A stretch of 64,000 nt of DNA from Octopus sinensis (GCF_006345805.1 NC_043008.1:70060001-70124000); one strand, 5' to 3'; positions 38,306 to 51,985 are shown, numbered from the stretch's first letter. The notes: generated by a model not told the origin, from the sequence alone. A program made the numbers and translations.

Positions 38306-39585
38306 CTGGGTCATCCTGTAAATAACAAACTTTTTTTATACGTCTTTTATTTTTCAAAATTCAGATAAACAAATTTCTTTTCTTAATCTAATATATTATC
38401 TCTTTTATTTTCTACAATGCTCTTCCATCTAACTGGTAGACTTGCAAGGCCCCTCTTCCAAAATTCACTTGTCCATACTGTTCACTTGTCCAATACTGTT
38501 CTGACCTCATCTACAGAATTCATTTTTACCCATCCAAATGATTTTGAAGACTGCGGAATAAATGATAATCAGATGGGGCAATGTCCGGTGAATATGGTGG
38601 GTGGGGCATCGTTTCCCATTCAAACTGCTCCAGCCTTTGGAATGTCATCCTCGCTCTTTGTGGCTGAGCATTATCATGATGGAAGAACACCTTTCATCTT
38701 GAAACCATAGATAGTCGTTTTACTTCTAGTGCTGACTTATGCCGCTCAAGCTGCTTGCAGTAGATCTCCTTTGTTATCATTAGGTTTGGGTTTAAAAGTT
38801 CAAAGTGGACTAAACCTTTCATATCCCACCAAGCAGGTAACAACACCTTACATGGGTGAAGAACTTCTTTATCCTGAGATGCCAGTGTTTCTCCTTTCCC
38901 TACCCACTGTCTCCAGTGCTTGACATTTTTAGAGAGAACCCATTTCTCATCACCAGTCACTATTTGGTTTGAAAAGGGCTCATTCATTCTATGCTGTCAC
39001 ATGAGATGTGACAGCATAGAAGAGTGCATATTCACTCTCTGCACGTGATTAGACTGGGAAAGTTTGTGAGGAACCAATTGATACAATTTGCAGACGACTT
39101 TTCTCATAACACATAGTTGTTGATGAATAGTTGAATGACCAAATCCAAGCTTCTCTGCTAGTTCCTCATCAGTTACAATGTGATTTTGTTCCATCAGGGT
39201 TTGCAGGACATCCTCGTTGAGCTCTACAGATCTTCCAGGACAAGGCATGTCTTTTAGACTAGTTTCTGACTTGGAATTTCTGGAACCACCATTGACACTG
39301 GCTTACGCTTATTTTCTGATCCCCATACACTGCATTAATATTCCTCGCACTTTCTGTTGCATTGTTGCCTTTATTGAACTCATAAAGCGAAATATGCCGA
39401 ATATGCTCCTTTGTCACTTCCATTATAGCTTTGAAAAAATAACTGTTAAAATTGAACTGCACTCTTCAAAACTCACACTAAGTACAAGGTAAAATTACTA
39501 CCTACTTTTATAGCAAGTTTATGCGGGCCCTCCAACTTTTAGTTCATCCAATTGAAAAACCCACATTATTTATGGAATGACTCAA
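38306..39585 (-). mobile_element. Full-length decayed mariner (DD34D) element, 1280 bp
   Basis: TA-flanked TIRs ctgggtcatcctgtaaataa / ttatttatggaatgactcaa. Transposase pieces MEVTKEHIRH..YEF, LVPHKL (WVPHEL), IVTGDEKWV, HHDNA, HPPYSPDIAPSDYHLF, broken by frameshifts. Confidence 0.95.
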
Positions 39586-40419
39586 TACTATTTGCTTTGT
39601 GAATTTAGTGTTTAGAAATAAAACTTTGTTTGAATTCAAACTCAAGAGTCATCCTTGTAAGGTTTTAATTAAATTGATTAGTAGGTGATTTAGTCAGACT
39701 ATAAGTGAGGAAATAAATTAGGGAGTGCTGGAAAATTTATGGAATGGGTGACAGCCTGCAGAAAGAATAAATCGAAGTAGTAGTAGATAAAATGTCCCCA
39801 TTAAAGGCCAGTTCTCATGACACTTATATAAATGTGAGTAAACACAATAAGCTATTACAGAATTAGTATATTGTAGTGGTAATGTATTGATGAGGGGATA
39901 GTGTAATTTACAAATGTGTAATTAATTATAAGGAGTCACTACTTTCCCTATCTGAATAGTTCAAAGGCGAGAATATATGTTGTTTAACTGTGTGCTAAGA
40001 TTAAATGAGAAAGGTATATAGAGGTAGTTTACTGTCATCTTCTATTTGATGTGGAAATAATAAATTACCTATTTGGAAATGAAGTTGGTTTAAATATTTA
40101 AGGCCTGTAAATATCTTGTGTTGACAAGCAGAAATTAATTCAGAATGTCTATTGAGCAAATTTAGGTTGGCAGAAAGGATTTCATAAGATTCAAATATAC
40201 AATGATGACAAGGTTTCTTTTGTTGCTTGAATAAGGTTTAGCAATGGAAAGTATTACACATATGTGTGGGTGTGGGTGTATGTATGTGTGAATTCTTAAT
40301 TTGAAGAAGTTTTATCATGTAGGTAAAATGTCATAGAGCATGAGTGCCATCACATCATCTCCATTAAGATAAGTTACAAAAACAATTTAATATCAGATAT
40401 GAAAGAAAAGTAATTTGTA

Positions 40420-41260
40420 TTATCGATATATTAACATTTTCAATATCATGATTGTCTTCATCATCATCGATGCTGGCGTCATTATTTTCAGCACTGATAT
40501 CACTACCATCATCTCAATGACATCAACATCACCATCACCATCATCACCATCATCGTCATTTCTATCACTGCCATCATTACATCATCATCATTGTTATCAC
40601 CATAACCACCAATATTATGACTGCTATTATCACAACAGTCAGCATCTTCAGCATCATTATCACCAGCATTAAACATCATTCCCATCATCATAATCACCAC
40701 CATTAATTAGCATCATCCCCATCATTGTTCTTGCTGCTCTTATTGTCCTATATAGCTTTTAATGTGATGATGATTATCATTATCAAAATTCTCATTATCA
40801 TCATCACTAACATAAATTTCAATATCATCATCATTGTTGTTGTCAAAATTATCATCATCATCCTCATCATCCATCACCAGCACCACCATTTTTATTGCTG
40901 TTGTCATCACCATCATCATCACTAGCATCATCATCGTCAGTACCAGTACCACCCCATCAACATCAGTGCAACCACTACCCTCACCATCACCACCACCATC
41001 ACCATTATCATCATCATCATCTGTTACCAACACGACCATTTTTGTTGCTGTTATCATTATTGTTGTTGTTGTCATGATCGTCATCATCACCAGCATCATC
41101 ATTGTCACCACCACCTTCACCATCACTACCAGTTCCACCACCACCACCACCACCACCTTCACCATCACTACCAGTTCCACCACCACCACCACCACCACCG
41201 CCACCATCATCTTCATCGCAGTGATGTCCCTAGCCAATGTAATCATTGCTGTTGTTTGTT
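40420..41260. repeat. Degenerate (CAT)n/(CAC)n trinucleotide region
   Basis: Read directly from the sequence. Includes a ~39 bp internal tandem duplication at 41107-41200. Confidence 0.9.
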
Positions 41261-41512
41261 ATTAAAGACACAGCTGCCTGTTCCATCATTTGTTCTGTGA
41301 GTGGAATATAGATGTAAGTATGTTAAACAAAGCAAACTGGAACATGAAGAATTTCACTTTTACTTTGTGATGCCTGATTTGTTTCAAGAGAATAGAGAAG
41401 AATATGTCTTAATAAATATACACCTCATTTCAATTTTATTCACCAATAATTCAACACACACACACACACACACATGTATAAGTTCTCATTCTCTGTTGCT
41501 CTCTCTCTCTTA

Positions 41513-41549
<37 letters not shown>

Positions 41550-42189
41550 GATATGAACACACGTATACATGTATATGTATATATATTTATATTCATATAT
41601 GAAAGATATGTACGTGTGTGTGTGTGTGTATGAGCATGTGTATGTGTTTGTGTTTAACTTAGTATAATGGTTGGATATGAAGCAATAAAATACAAAACAA
41701 ATACCAATATTCTTCAATTTCGCAATTGCTTGATTTCACCATTCTTTCTGATTAGAATCATTGATGGAAATCAAAATAAATTGAGTCAAGCTATGCATAT
41801 GTGTGTGTATGTATATACATACACACACACACATACATATATATATGTGTGTGTGTGTGTGTATAGTTACACTACAGATGTATTTATTTACATATGAATT
41901 TATGCACATATATACAAATGTGTATGTATCTATGCATGTATCTATGTATATGTACATGTGAATGTATGAATAGAGTGTGAAGTCATGTAGAGGTGATAAA
42001 ATGTGTCATTTAACAAAAAAAATGGGAAAATATCTTAACAAATAGGAAAATTGAATAATATATGTATACATATGAACACCCATATGTACATGCATATTTA
42101 TATATATAAATATATATTGATACTTATATATACATATTGATATATATAAATACTTATATATAGTCAATAAAACATATATCAAAAGCACA

Positions 42190-42224
<35 letters not shown>

Positions 42225-42319
42225 GTATGCATATATGTGTATATATATATGCATGCATATATATATATATACATACATACATACATACATACATATACAT
42301 ATATACATATATATATAAA

Positions 42320-43146
42320 ATCCTTAAATCCTTAAAAATGTTTTAGCCCGAAGGCCGCGGCCATGCTGGGGCACCACCGCTGAATGAGCTACACTAGTTT
42401 GTGAATCCACCTCTGATACGTGGCACTTGATCAACAAGGGAGTTCGATGCTGCTGCCCGCATCCGTGTCTCCTGTCGTGAGGTAGGTTCATCTGTGACTC
42501 CCAACAAGAAGAGATCCAGTTTAATTTTAAAGAAACCACATCCACACCATGTAAGTCTCTCAGGCATTTAGGGAGGATGTTAAAGAGCTGTGGTCCTCTG
42601 AAACCCAAGCTGTTGCAGTATCTGGACCTGTATTTTGATGGTGATGTTGGAATCCTTGGCACCACGCAGCGGCGCCCCGTTCTGCGGTTGGAGTAACTTT
42701 GAATGCCAAAGTTTGGGACAAGACCCTCCAGGATTTTCCAGATGTATATCACTGCATATCTCTCCCGCCTCCGCTCCAGGGAGAAGAGGTTTAATACCTT
42801 CAGTCTTTCCCAGTAGCTGACATTTTGCATTGAGACGATTTTCTTTGTGTAGCTTCTCTGAGTTGCTTCGAGTTCTGCTGTTTGTTTTATATTGTGTGGT
42901 GACCAAAGTTGGGAGCAGTAGTCCAAGCGGCTGAGGACAAATGTTTTCCATAGGACCATCAGTGTCTCCTTCTCTCTTGTTCTGAAAGTTTGGAGAATCC
43001 ATCCAGCTAACCGTCTGCATTTTATCACCAGATTAGCAATATGCATTTGGAAAGATGCATCATTGCTCATGTCAATGCCCAGGTCACGCACTGATTTTGA
43101 CTCAGGGATTGCAATTCTTCCTGGGCCAGTGTATCCAGTCTTCACG

Positions 43147-43147
<1 letters not shown>
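42320..43147 (-). mobile_element. CR1-group LINE, 5'-truncated 3' fragment, relatively young
   Basis: VRDLGIDMSNDASFQMHI..WKTFVLSRLDYCSQLWSPH..LEATQRSYTKKI..SYWERLKVLNLFSLERRRER, open for more than 200 codons, flanked by (TA)n. Confidence 0.92.
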
Positions 43148-43177
<30 letters not shown>

Positions 43178-43178
<1 letters not shown>

Positions 43179-43510
43179 TGCCAGTGACGTTAAAAGCACC
43201 ATTTGAGCATTGGGCCTCATGGTGGCAGTGACAGGTAACCAAGACCCTTGGTGATATACAGTGCTTGTGTTGTCCTGTAAAACCAAATGAGACCATACTC
43301 ATGACCGATGTGGGTGTCAGGTCAATAGCTCCCATGCCAGCGGTACGTAAAATGTACCCACTACACTCTCAGAGCGGATGGCATTAGGAAGGGCATCCAG
43401 CTGTAGAAACCTTGGCAAATCAGATTGGAACCTGGTGCAGCCCAGTGGCTCACCAGTTTTCGGTCAAACTCATGCTGGCATGGAAAGCAGACATTAAATG
43501 ATGATGATGA
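43178..43510 (+). mobile_element. SINE/RTE-tail family C
   Basis: gagcattgggcctcatgg..ttaggaagggcatccagctgtagaaacc..catgctggcatggaaagcagacattaaatgatgatga. Confidence 0.85.
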
Positions 43511-43525
43511 TACATACATACACAT

Positions 43526-43938
43526 AGGCACAGGAGTGGCTGTGTGGTAAGTAGCTTGCTAACCAGCCTCATGGTTCCGGGTTCAGTCCCACTGCGTGGC
43601 ATCTTGGGCAAGTGTCTTCTGCTATAGCCCCGGGCTGACCAATACCTTGTGAGTGGATTTGGTAGACGGAAACTGAAAGAAGCCTGTTGTATATATGTAT
43701 ATATATATATATGTATGTGTGTGTGTTTGTGTGTCTGTGTTTGTTCCCCTAGCATTGCTTGACAACCGATGCTGGTATGTTTATGTCTCCGTTACTTAGC
43801 GGTTCGGCAAAAAGAGACCGATAGAATAAGTACTGGGCTTACAAAAAGAATAAGTCCCGGGGTCGAGTTGCTCGACTAAAGGCGGTGCTCCAGCATGGCC
43901 GCAGTCAAATGACTGAAACAAGTAAAAGAGTAAAGAGT
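43526..43938 (+). mobile_element. SINE family A, full length (tRNA-derived)
   Basis: A box tggctgtgtggtaag, B box gggttcagtccc, body, internal microsatellite, tail tgaaacaagtaaaagagtaaagag. Confidence 0.93.
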
Positions 43939-44023
43939 ATATGTATATATATATATATATATATTTTCATACATATGTGTATATATATATATACATACAT
44001 CTATATATATATGTATAAATGTG

Positions 44024-44065
<42 letters not shown>

Positions 44066-44145
44066 TACATGCACGTATATTTGTATATATATATGTGTAT
44101 GTATATATAATCAAATTAAAATAAGCAACAGGATAACAAGAGGTG

Positions 44146-44233
44146 ATGCAGTACGACTGTTTCAAGTGGCTCCATTTAATTGAACAATGCAATCATTACA
44201 TCAGTTTAAATGCAGGGCTATCCTCAGCTGCAT
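44146..44233 (-). ncRNA. Type I hammerhead motif with long stem II, intact core
   Basis: augcag CUGAGGA uag...cauuuaa...uuaaaug...cuu GAAAC-aguc-GUA cugcau. Stem I is 6 bp perfect. Confidence 0.65.
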
Positions 44234-45201
44234 AGATAAATAAATAGAATTTTTATTTTCAGTTGCAGGCATTAATATAATTTTACTCAAATTCTCTAAT
44301 AGAGTAAGAAGGAGAAAGTCCATGTTGCTACTAATGTGACTCAGAACATGCTACACTTCTAAGAACTGTATGAAGTTTGTTAGGGTCATAGCTTGTAAAT
44401 GATTGTGGGTCACTTTTAATTTATTAATCTTTTTTTTTTATCAACTACCAAATCTAAGACTAGAGGACAGTGTATGGATAGAGTTGACAGTTTGTAGCTG
44501 GGTATGGTCATAGATATTGTCAGGATTTAGAAACTGTATAAGTAAATGTCTATAAAGGAGGCTGGGGAGAAGACCCTAAATCAAGGTGTTAATTACCAGT
44601 TAAAGGAGCAAGACGCTGATAAAACTTATGATAATACAGAGGAAATTATCATGAGGTACAATGGATGATTATATATAAACAATATTGTTATGTTGTATGA
44701 AGATAAAATATAAGATTACTAAAAATATTATAACCAGGGTAGATAACTGTGTATGTATACAAATTTTCAACATTAGAAAGGGAAGATTACATAGAATTAG
44801 ATTAATCTTCATACCTGTACTTAATCATTTACTTATAAGGTGGTTTCTATAAAGCTTGCTTTACATTTATACATTTACTTATACATTTTCTAAATCCTGA
44901 TAATATTCACAATCATACCCAGCTATAAACTGTCAACTCACTCTGCCTATCTTCTCTAAACAGACACTGTCCTCTAGTCTTAGATTTGGTAGTTGATAAA
45001 AAAAGACTAATAGATTAAAAGTGAACCACAATCATTTACAAGCTATGACCTAACAAACTTCATACAGTTCTTAGAGGTGTAGCATGTTCTGAGTCACATT
45101 AGTAGCAACTTGGACTTTCCCCCTCTTCTTGCTCTATTAGAAAATTTGAGTAAAATCATAGTAATGTGTGCAACTGATTAAAATATTCTATTTATTTATT
45201 T

Positions 45202-45289
45202 ATGCAGCTGAGGATAGACCTGCATTTAAACTGATGTAATGATTGCATTGTTCAATTAAATGGAGCCACTTGAAACAGTCATACTGCAT
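45202..45289 (+). ncRNA. Second copy of the long-stem-II hammerhead (GUA changed to AUA)
   Basis: atgcag ctgagga ... gaaacagtcata ctgcat. The G16.2-to-A change breaks the C15.2-G16.2 pair. Confidence 0.55.
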
Positions 45290-45416
45290 CACCTCTTGAT
45301 ACCCTGTTGCTTATTTTAATTTGATTTTATTCACCTTACTTTGAGTTGTACAGATAATACCACACTAACTTGGTGCTTCAACTTAAGTACCTAACTCAAT
45401 TGAATCGCAATTATTT

Positions 45417-45458
<42 letters not shown>

Positions 45459-45587
45459 ATATATATATATGCATGTATATATAAGTGTGTATATATATAT
45501 ATATATATGCATGTATATATAAGTGTGTATATATATATATATATGCATGTATATATAAGTGTGTATATATATATATATGTATGTATA

Positions 45588-45632
<45 letters not shown>

Positions 45633-45651
45633 ATAAATATATATATATATC

Positions 45652-45732
45652 CCTGGAGGGATTGCAATCACAAAACACAGTCAGTACGTGACTTGGGTAT
45701 TTACATGAGTAATGATGCAGCCTTCCATGTGC
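45652..45732 (+). mobile_element. Short CR1 LINE fragment
   Basis: [11 protein letters not shown], then a frameshift to [17 protein letters not shown], homologous to the 5' end of the 42320-43147 fragment. Confidence 0.6.
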
Positions 45733-45739
45733 AGTATAA

Positions 45740-46250
45740 TGTTTGTTGACACCACACCTAAGAACGAATTAAGTAAGGCATTTAAGAAAATCCTGCGCAC
45801 AGCTGGCCTTAAAATCTAAGTTGTAGAAAAGACTGGTAGGACTATCAAATCTGTTTTATGTAGATCATATCCATTTGATGGAATCACGTGCCAAAATAAT
45901 TGTGCAGTATGTTCTACAAACCCACATGTGAACTGCAAAACCAAGAGCACTGTATACCAAATTAAGTGCCAAGAAGGAGCTTGCATGACTAACCCAGAGT
46001 CATACATAGGTGAGACTTCTAGGAGTATCAATGATAGGTTCAAAGAACACCTGGACAACTACATTGAAAAGAAAGCAAACCCCATCTTCTATCAGCATGC
46101 TGTAGACTGCCACAAGGGCTCCTTAGGGAGACTTAAGTTAAACATCCTATCCACACATCCCACTGATGCAATGCTGAGACAAGTCACTGAAACTGTCTGT
46201 ATACAAGACTACAATCCCACTCACAACCATAAATCCGAATGGGGTAACAT
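45740..46250 (+). pseudogene. Penelope-like element C-terminal GIY-YIG endonuclease fragment
   Basis: C..NCAVC..NCKTKSTVYQIKC...SYIGETSRSINDRFKEH...H...H...RQVTETVCIQDYNPTHNHKSEWG, with an upstream in-frame stop. Confidence 0.9.
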
Positions 46251-46584
46251 CCAGATTTCACTTGGGAGTACCATTCTAAAGCCACCCCTTTCTCTCGTTT
46301 ACATGTGGTAATCTATACATACATGTTGAAATGCATGATACTAAAATACATATATGCAGTTATATATAACCATATGAGCGTACATAGTTTGGTACATATG
46401 TACGTATGTGTAGAAGTATATGTGTGTGTATGTGTTGTGTGTTGTGTATAAGTATGTACATGCATGCACATATGAGTATGTGTAGATATATGTATGTATT
46501 GTATATGTATGCATGTAAAAAAAGAATAAATAGAATAAAATAAAGCAAATTTGAATTTTAACTATTGTCCTTGAAAAGACTGTC

Positions 46585-46617
<33 letters not shown>

Positions 46618-47366
46618 TGGATATGTGTATATGTGTGTATACTTTAAGATTATATGTATATTTGTGAGTGTGTGTAAGTGTCTATATGAATGTGTGTACA
46701 TGTATATATGTATAAGGTTATATGTGCATATATGTATCTAAGACGTATCCATTCACCGTTAGACGGTGGTGAGAGGGACAAACGCACACACACACACATA
46801 TATATATGTGTGTGTGTCTATATACATGTATATGTGTGTGTATACAATCTTCAACAAAGTAACAGTCATATATGCAACTTGAACTGACGCATATCAGTAC
46901 ATAAACATACGTTCACATGTACATACACACAGACACATCTACACACTCCTAAATACTCACATACATACGTAAGTACATACTTACATACATACATACGTAT
47001 TGGCATGCACACATGCATTCGCACGTACATGTACACACATACATGCATATGCACATATATACATACATACATGCATGCATACATACATGCATACATGCAT
47101 ACATGCATACATGCATACATACATACATACATACATACATACATACATACACACATACATACGTACATATATATCATGAACTAACTGTTACTTTCTCAGA
47201 TGCAGCACGGAATTTTGTCAGTGAACAGGTTGTGGTCTCAAAGAGATGAAAATATTTTGACAAATTAAATTTAAATGTTGAAGTGAATCTAATGGTTTTT
47301 GTATGTTTCTTAAATGGCTTATAAACACCTTCCACGCTGCAATTGTTTATATATATATATATACAA

Positions 47367-47523
47367 TAGGCTTCTTTCAGTTTCTATCTACCAAATACAC
47401 CCACAAGGCTTTGGTCAGCCTGAGACTATAGTAAAAGACAATTGCCCAATGTGTCACATATTGGACTGAACCTGGAACCATGTGTTGGTAAGCAAGCTAC
47501 TTACCACACAGCCTCGCCTGCAC
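47367..47523 (-). mobile_element. SINE family A, 5' part
   Basis: ggcttctttcagtttct..ggactgaacctggaaccatgtg..agctacttaccacacagcc. Confidence 0.85.
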
Positions 47524-47669
47524 CAATTTTTATAAATTTAATTAGAGGATGTGTAAACCTTGTTAAGGGATGGTTTCAGCCAAGGAAATACTGGTTCAAT
47601 ACCTAGTATTTTAGGGCAATGAATTTCCTTAAAATGATAGGTATATCGAAAAACATATAGTTTATATTC

Positions 47670-48012
47670 ATTTAAAAGAAGAAAAGTAAATGGAGATTAG
47701 GAAGTTAATAATTGTTTATTAGTAACAGCAAACTGGTCATCTTCTGTTACAGCCGTTTCAGTTAATGCTCAATAAACATTATGTCTGCTTATGAATTCAT
47801 TTTAGTCTGCTAAAATTAAATCATAAACACACATATAACATCCAAATGTACATTTCTTTTTCTCTGATGGTGTTGTGCACATGTTACATAAATGTAAATT
47901 TAATGTTTATTGAGTATTAATTGAAACGGCTGTAAGTGAAGATGGCTAATTTCCCGTTAATAATAAACAATTATTAACTTTCTGATCTCCACTTTCTTTC
48001 CTTCTTTTAAAT
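47670..48012. repeat. ~110 bp inverted repeat with a decayed hammerhead-like motif
   Basis: 47670-47781 versus 47901-48012. Plus strand has ctgatgg (47864) ... gaaacggctgta (47923). Confidence 0.8.
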
Positions 48013-48029
48013 ATACATAATTGGCATGT

Positions 48030-48194
48030 AAAACCATGCCGGTGACACGTAAAAAGCATCCACTACACTCACGGAGTGGTTGGCATTAGGAAGGGCATCC
48101 AGCTGTAGAAACACTGCCAGATCAGACTGAACCGTCCAACCCATGCTAGCATGGAAAGCGGACGCTAAACGATGATGATGATGACATATATATA

Positions 48195-48229
<35 letters not shown>

Positions 48230-48835
48230 TTGTGGTACAGTCAGGTGATGCATATGAATGAGGACAGCTGTGTAAGGAAGTACCAATTTCTAACTGTGGA
48301 GGGGGCAGATCCAGGAAGACATGGGACAAGTTGGTGAAGTATAATCTCTGAATGTTGGGCCTCATGGAGGCAGTGACCAATGACCTTGGCTGTATGCTGT
48401 GCTTGAGAAGACCTGTCAAGCCAAGTGAAATCATTGTTGTGGCTAATGCTAGTGTCACAGAATTGGTACTCATGTTGGTGGCATTTAAAAAGTGCCTTTC
48501 AGGTGTTGGGTGTTGTGGAGGTAATGTGGCCTGTGACAGTGTCACATAATTAGCACCTGTTCCCAAGGCCTGTAAAAAGCACCTATTGAGTGTTGGGCCT
48601 CATGGGGGCAATGACAAATGACTGAGACCTTTGGCAATATGTTGTGCTTGAGTAGATCTAGCAAGTCAAGGGAAATTATAGTCATGGCAGGTACTGATAT
48701 CACGCAGCTGGCACCCATGCTGGGACCATGTAGAAGTACTCACTTATACTTTCGGAGTGGGTGGCATTAGGAAGGGTATCTAGCCATAGAAACCATGCTG
48801 AATCAGTCTGGAGCCTGCAGCAGTCCCTCAGTTTA

Positions 48836-48838
<3 letters not shown>
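48030..48838 (+). mobile_element. Family C SINE followed by an RTE 3' remnant with tandem units
   Basis: Homologous to the 29340-30190 region (WYSQV..GRSRKTW, repeated tgggcctcatgg..gacctttggc..tgtgcttgag). Confidence 0.8.
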
Positions 48839-48880
<42 letters not shown>

Positions 48881-49492
48881 TATATGCATATATTTTTGTA
48901 TGTATGTATATATATATATGTGTGTGTGTGTATACATATATATGAATATAGGTGTATATATGCACACCTACACACATACCTACTTCCTCAACTACTAACG
49001 ATAAGAATAATAACAACAATACTGACAATAATAAATTTAATTTTGATATTTCTGTCCAAATTTCCAATAAGAGTAGTTTCTGGATGCAGTTCAGTTGATT
49101 TAAGATTCATTATTGTAATATATCAATTTCATAAAATTCCTGGTAAATTCCAAATTCTTGCAAATATATTGTGAATTCTAACTTATTATTTATGTCAGCT
49201 GTAGTTTGAGATTCGATGTTGAAATTTGGAATTGCAGAAACACAGTCTTTCCATATCATTCTTCAAGTTGACACTTCCACTATTCATTTTCACTTGTTTC
49301 TTTTCCTTTTCTTTCTGTGGTTTGTTTCTTTTTCTTCTTTGTTTATATTTGTCAAAGAGAATCGAAACTGACAAGAGTAACTAAAAGAGTCTTCTGAAAT
49401 TAAAGTGCAATAAATAAATGTCTATGTGAGTGTGTATGTATGTATGTATGTGTGTGTGTGTTTTGTGTGTTGTGAGTATGTATACATATGTG

Positions 49493-49862
49493 TGTGTTTC
49501 CTAACCACATGGTTTTGCGTTCAGTCTCACTGCATGGCGCCTTGGGCAAGTGTTTTCTACTACAGCCTTGGGCTGACAGAACCCTTGAGAAATGGAAACT
49601 GAAAGAAGCTTGTTGCATATATATATATATGTGTGTGTGTGTATGTCTTTGTGTCTGTGTTTGTCCTCAACTACTGTTTGACAATTGGTGTTGGTGTGTT
49701 GATGTCCTCATAACTTGGCAGGTTGGCAAAAGATACTGATGGAATAAATACCAAGCTTAAAAGATAAAATGAGAAGTACTGCGGTTGATTCATTTGACTA
49801 AAAATTCATCAAGGTGGCTCTCCAGCATGGCCACAGTCAAACGACTGAAACAAATGAAAGAT
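49493..49862 (+). mobile_element. SINE family A, diverged
   Basis: aaccacatggttttgcgttcagtc..cttgggcaagtg..ccagcatggccacagtcaaacgactgaaacaa. Confidence 0.85.
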
Positions 49863-50175
49863 AAATGAAGGCATGAAGATGTGTATTGAAGTATCCTGAT
49901 CATCATCATTTTATGTTTACTTTTGGTGCAGGTATGTGTTGGGCGTGTCACCACAGTTAGAGCTAGCACATTCAGAGCTACTTCTCATCTAAGCATGTGT
50001 CACTTTTGGGTTGGTTTCTATGACAGGATGCCCTTCTGAACATCAACCACTTTACTAAGTGTATTGGGAGCAAGTTTTCATGGTATTACAAAGAACTGTT
50101 GACTGAAGAGAATTCTTTACTTTACATCTTCACATTCACAAGAGGCATGAAAAACATGATAGAGGGATATGTGCA

Positions 50176-50208
<33 letters not shown>

Positions 50209-51774
50209 AAGCAGGCATAAGTCTATTTTAGAATTCCAATTCAAACCATGTGGTTTTAGGTTAAGCTTCACTCCATGCTATGTTTGACAAGTGTTTCCTA
50301 CTATTCCTCTTGGCTGACATATGCCTAGTAAGTGAAACTGGTTGGTTTTCATAAATAAATCCTGCTTAACCATTGACTTACTTTTGGAACTCCTTGTAGA
50401 ATCCAAGAATGAAAACTGTTTAAAATTAGTCCTAAAGTGTGAATTGGTTGTGTCCTGAGCAAAATTATGTCAATGGAAACCTTAAAGTTATGTACGTGTA
50501 AATAGTTGGTATGCATGTTCTGTTTACTGTATAGTTTCTGTAAGTAATAGTAACAACTGCCAACTGAACAAGCATAGTTAGCAGTTTAAAAAAAATAAAA
50601 ACTCTAGTGGGTTACATTGAATGTGTGTTTTAATGTTAGATTTGAATATGCCTTTCATTTTGATCATGATTTTACTCAGCTATTACTCTGAGTTTTGTCA
50701 CCACATTTAGCTGCTGTGATAAATGCGAATCAAACAAAATGAAGTCAACATAGTAATATAATACAAAATAACACTAAACTAGAATATATATATATTTCAT
50801 AGATGGATTGTCTTTCAGTTACAACCAAACAAAAGTTCTACCATTTCCTGGTCTTCAGGTACTGGATTAATATATCAAAGACACATATTCATGCTAAATG
50901 CTAAAATCAAAAGAAAAAGACTGAAAAAGAAAAAAAGCTCACAATTATCAGTTTGAGCATATAAAATTATATTGGTATTTTTCTTTTCCTGCAGGCATAT
51001 ATTGCTTACTATCTCTCAATATTTGAATTTTCTCATTTTCCATTTACATTGTAAAATATGTATATGATGGCGTCAATGCCTAGCCATTTTTATTTCACCA
51101 GTTTGATGCAACTATCATTGTATCTTTTACTTATTTATTTATTTATTTATGTATTTATTTATTTATTCTTTATCAAGTTTACCTGGACAACAAAAAATTC
51201 CATTGAAAAATGTTTGCAAGTGAAGGGATGCCTCTCTAACACAGCTATCTTTTGATGCTGTATGAATTCTATGGTTGTGTGGTTATATACAAAGATATTC
51301 AATTTTAGTATGGGCACTATGTGTGACACTAAATATATAAATACACCATGGCAATTACTATATTGTCAATGTCATTATACCTTTAACTACATTTATTTGA
51401 ATAATCCGAGGCAACACCCAATGATACCAATCTTCCTTTTGGGTACCAATTTTCTGTTTGCAATGACGTTTAACAAATCAAAAGTATTTTCACTTTATTT
51501 TATAATAATTTTCAATCCATTTAATTATAATAAATATATCTAATGCCATTATTAATACACTAATTAAAAGCATGTTCCACAGTACAAATAAATACTTGAA
51601 AATTAAAATTTAGAGAAAATGATATATAAAAAATCATCCTAATATAATTTTCCATATAGCAGCTGATAATTGTGAAGTCTGATAGTCAATTCAAAGAGTG
51701 TGTTCATCACTGAATAGACCAATTATTAGATTAAAGCGCTGTTTGAATGAGCCATGTGTTCTTTTGATTCACAT

Positions 51775-51948
51775 AGGCGTAGGAGTGGTTGTGTGGTAAG
51801 TAGCTTGCTTACCGACTACATGGTTCTGCGTTCAGTCCCACTGCGTGGCACCTTGAGCAAGTTTCTTCTATTATAATCTTGGGCCGACCAAAGCCTTGTG
51901 AGTGGATTTGGTAGATGGAAACTGAAAGAAGCCCGTCATATATGTATG

Positions 51949-51985
<37 letters not shown>

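Larger units (their letters stand above)
44109..45326. repeat. ~400 bp inverted repeat (Penelope-like inverted terminal repeats)
   Basis: 44109-44506 is the reverse complement of 44914-45326 with scattered differences. Each arm carries a hammerhead motif. Confidence 0.93.

Noticed and set aside
40415-41265. Mucin-like or His-rich ORFs
   Set aside because: Arise from degenerate (CAT)/(CAC) repeats open in several frames on both strands.
42324-43286. 320-aa ORF as an intact gene
   Set aside because: Chance read-through from a SINE across (TA)n into a truncated CR1 fragment, with a likely frameshifted C-terminus.
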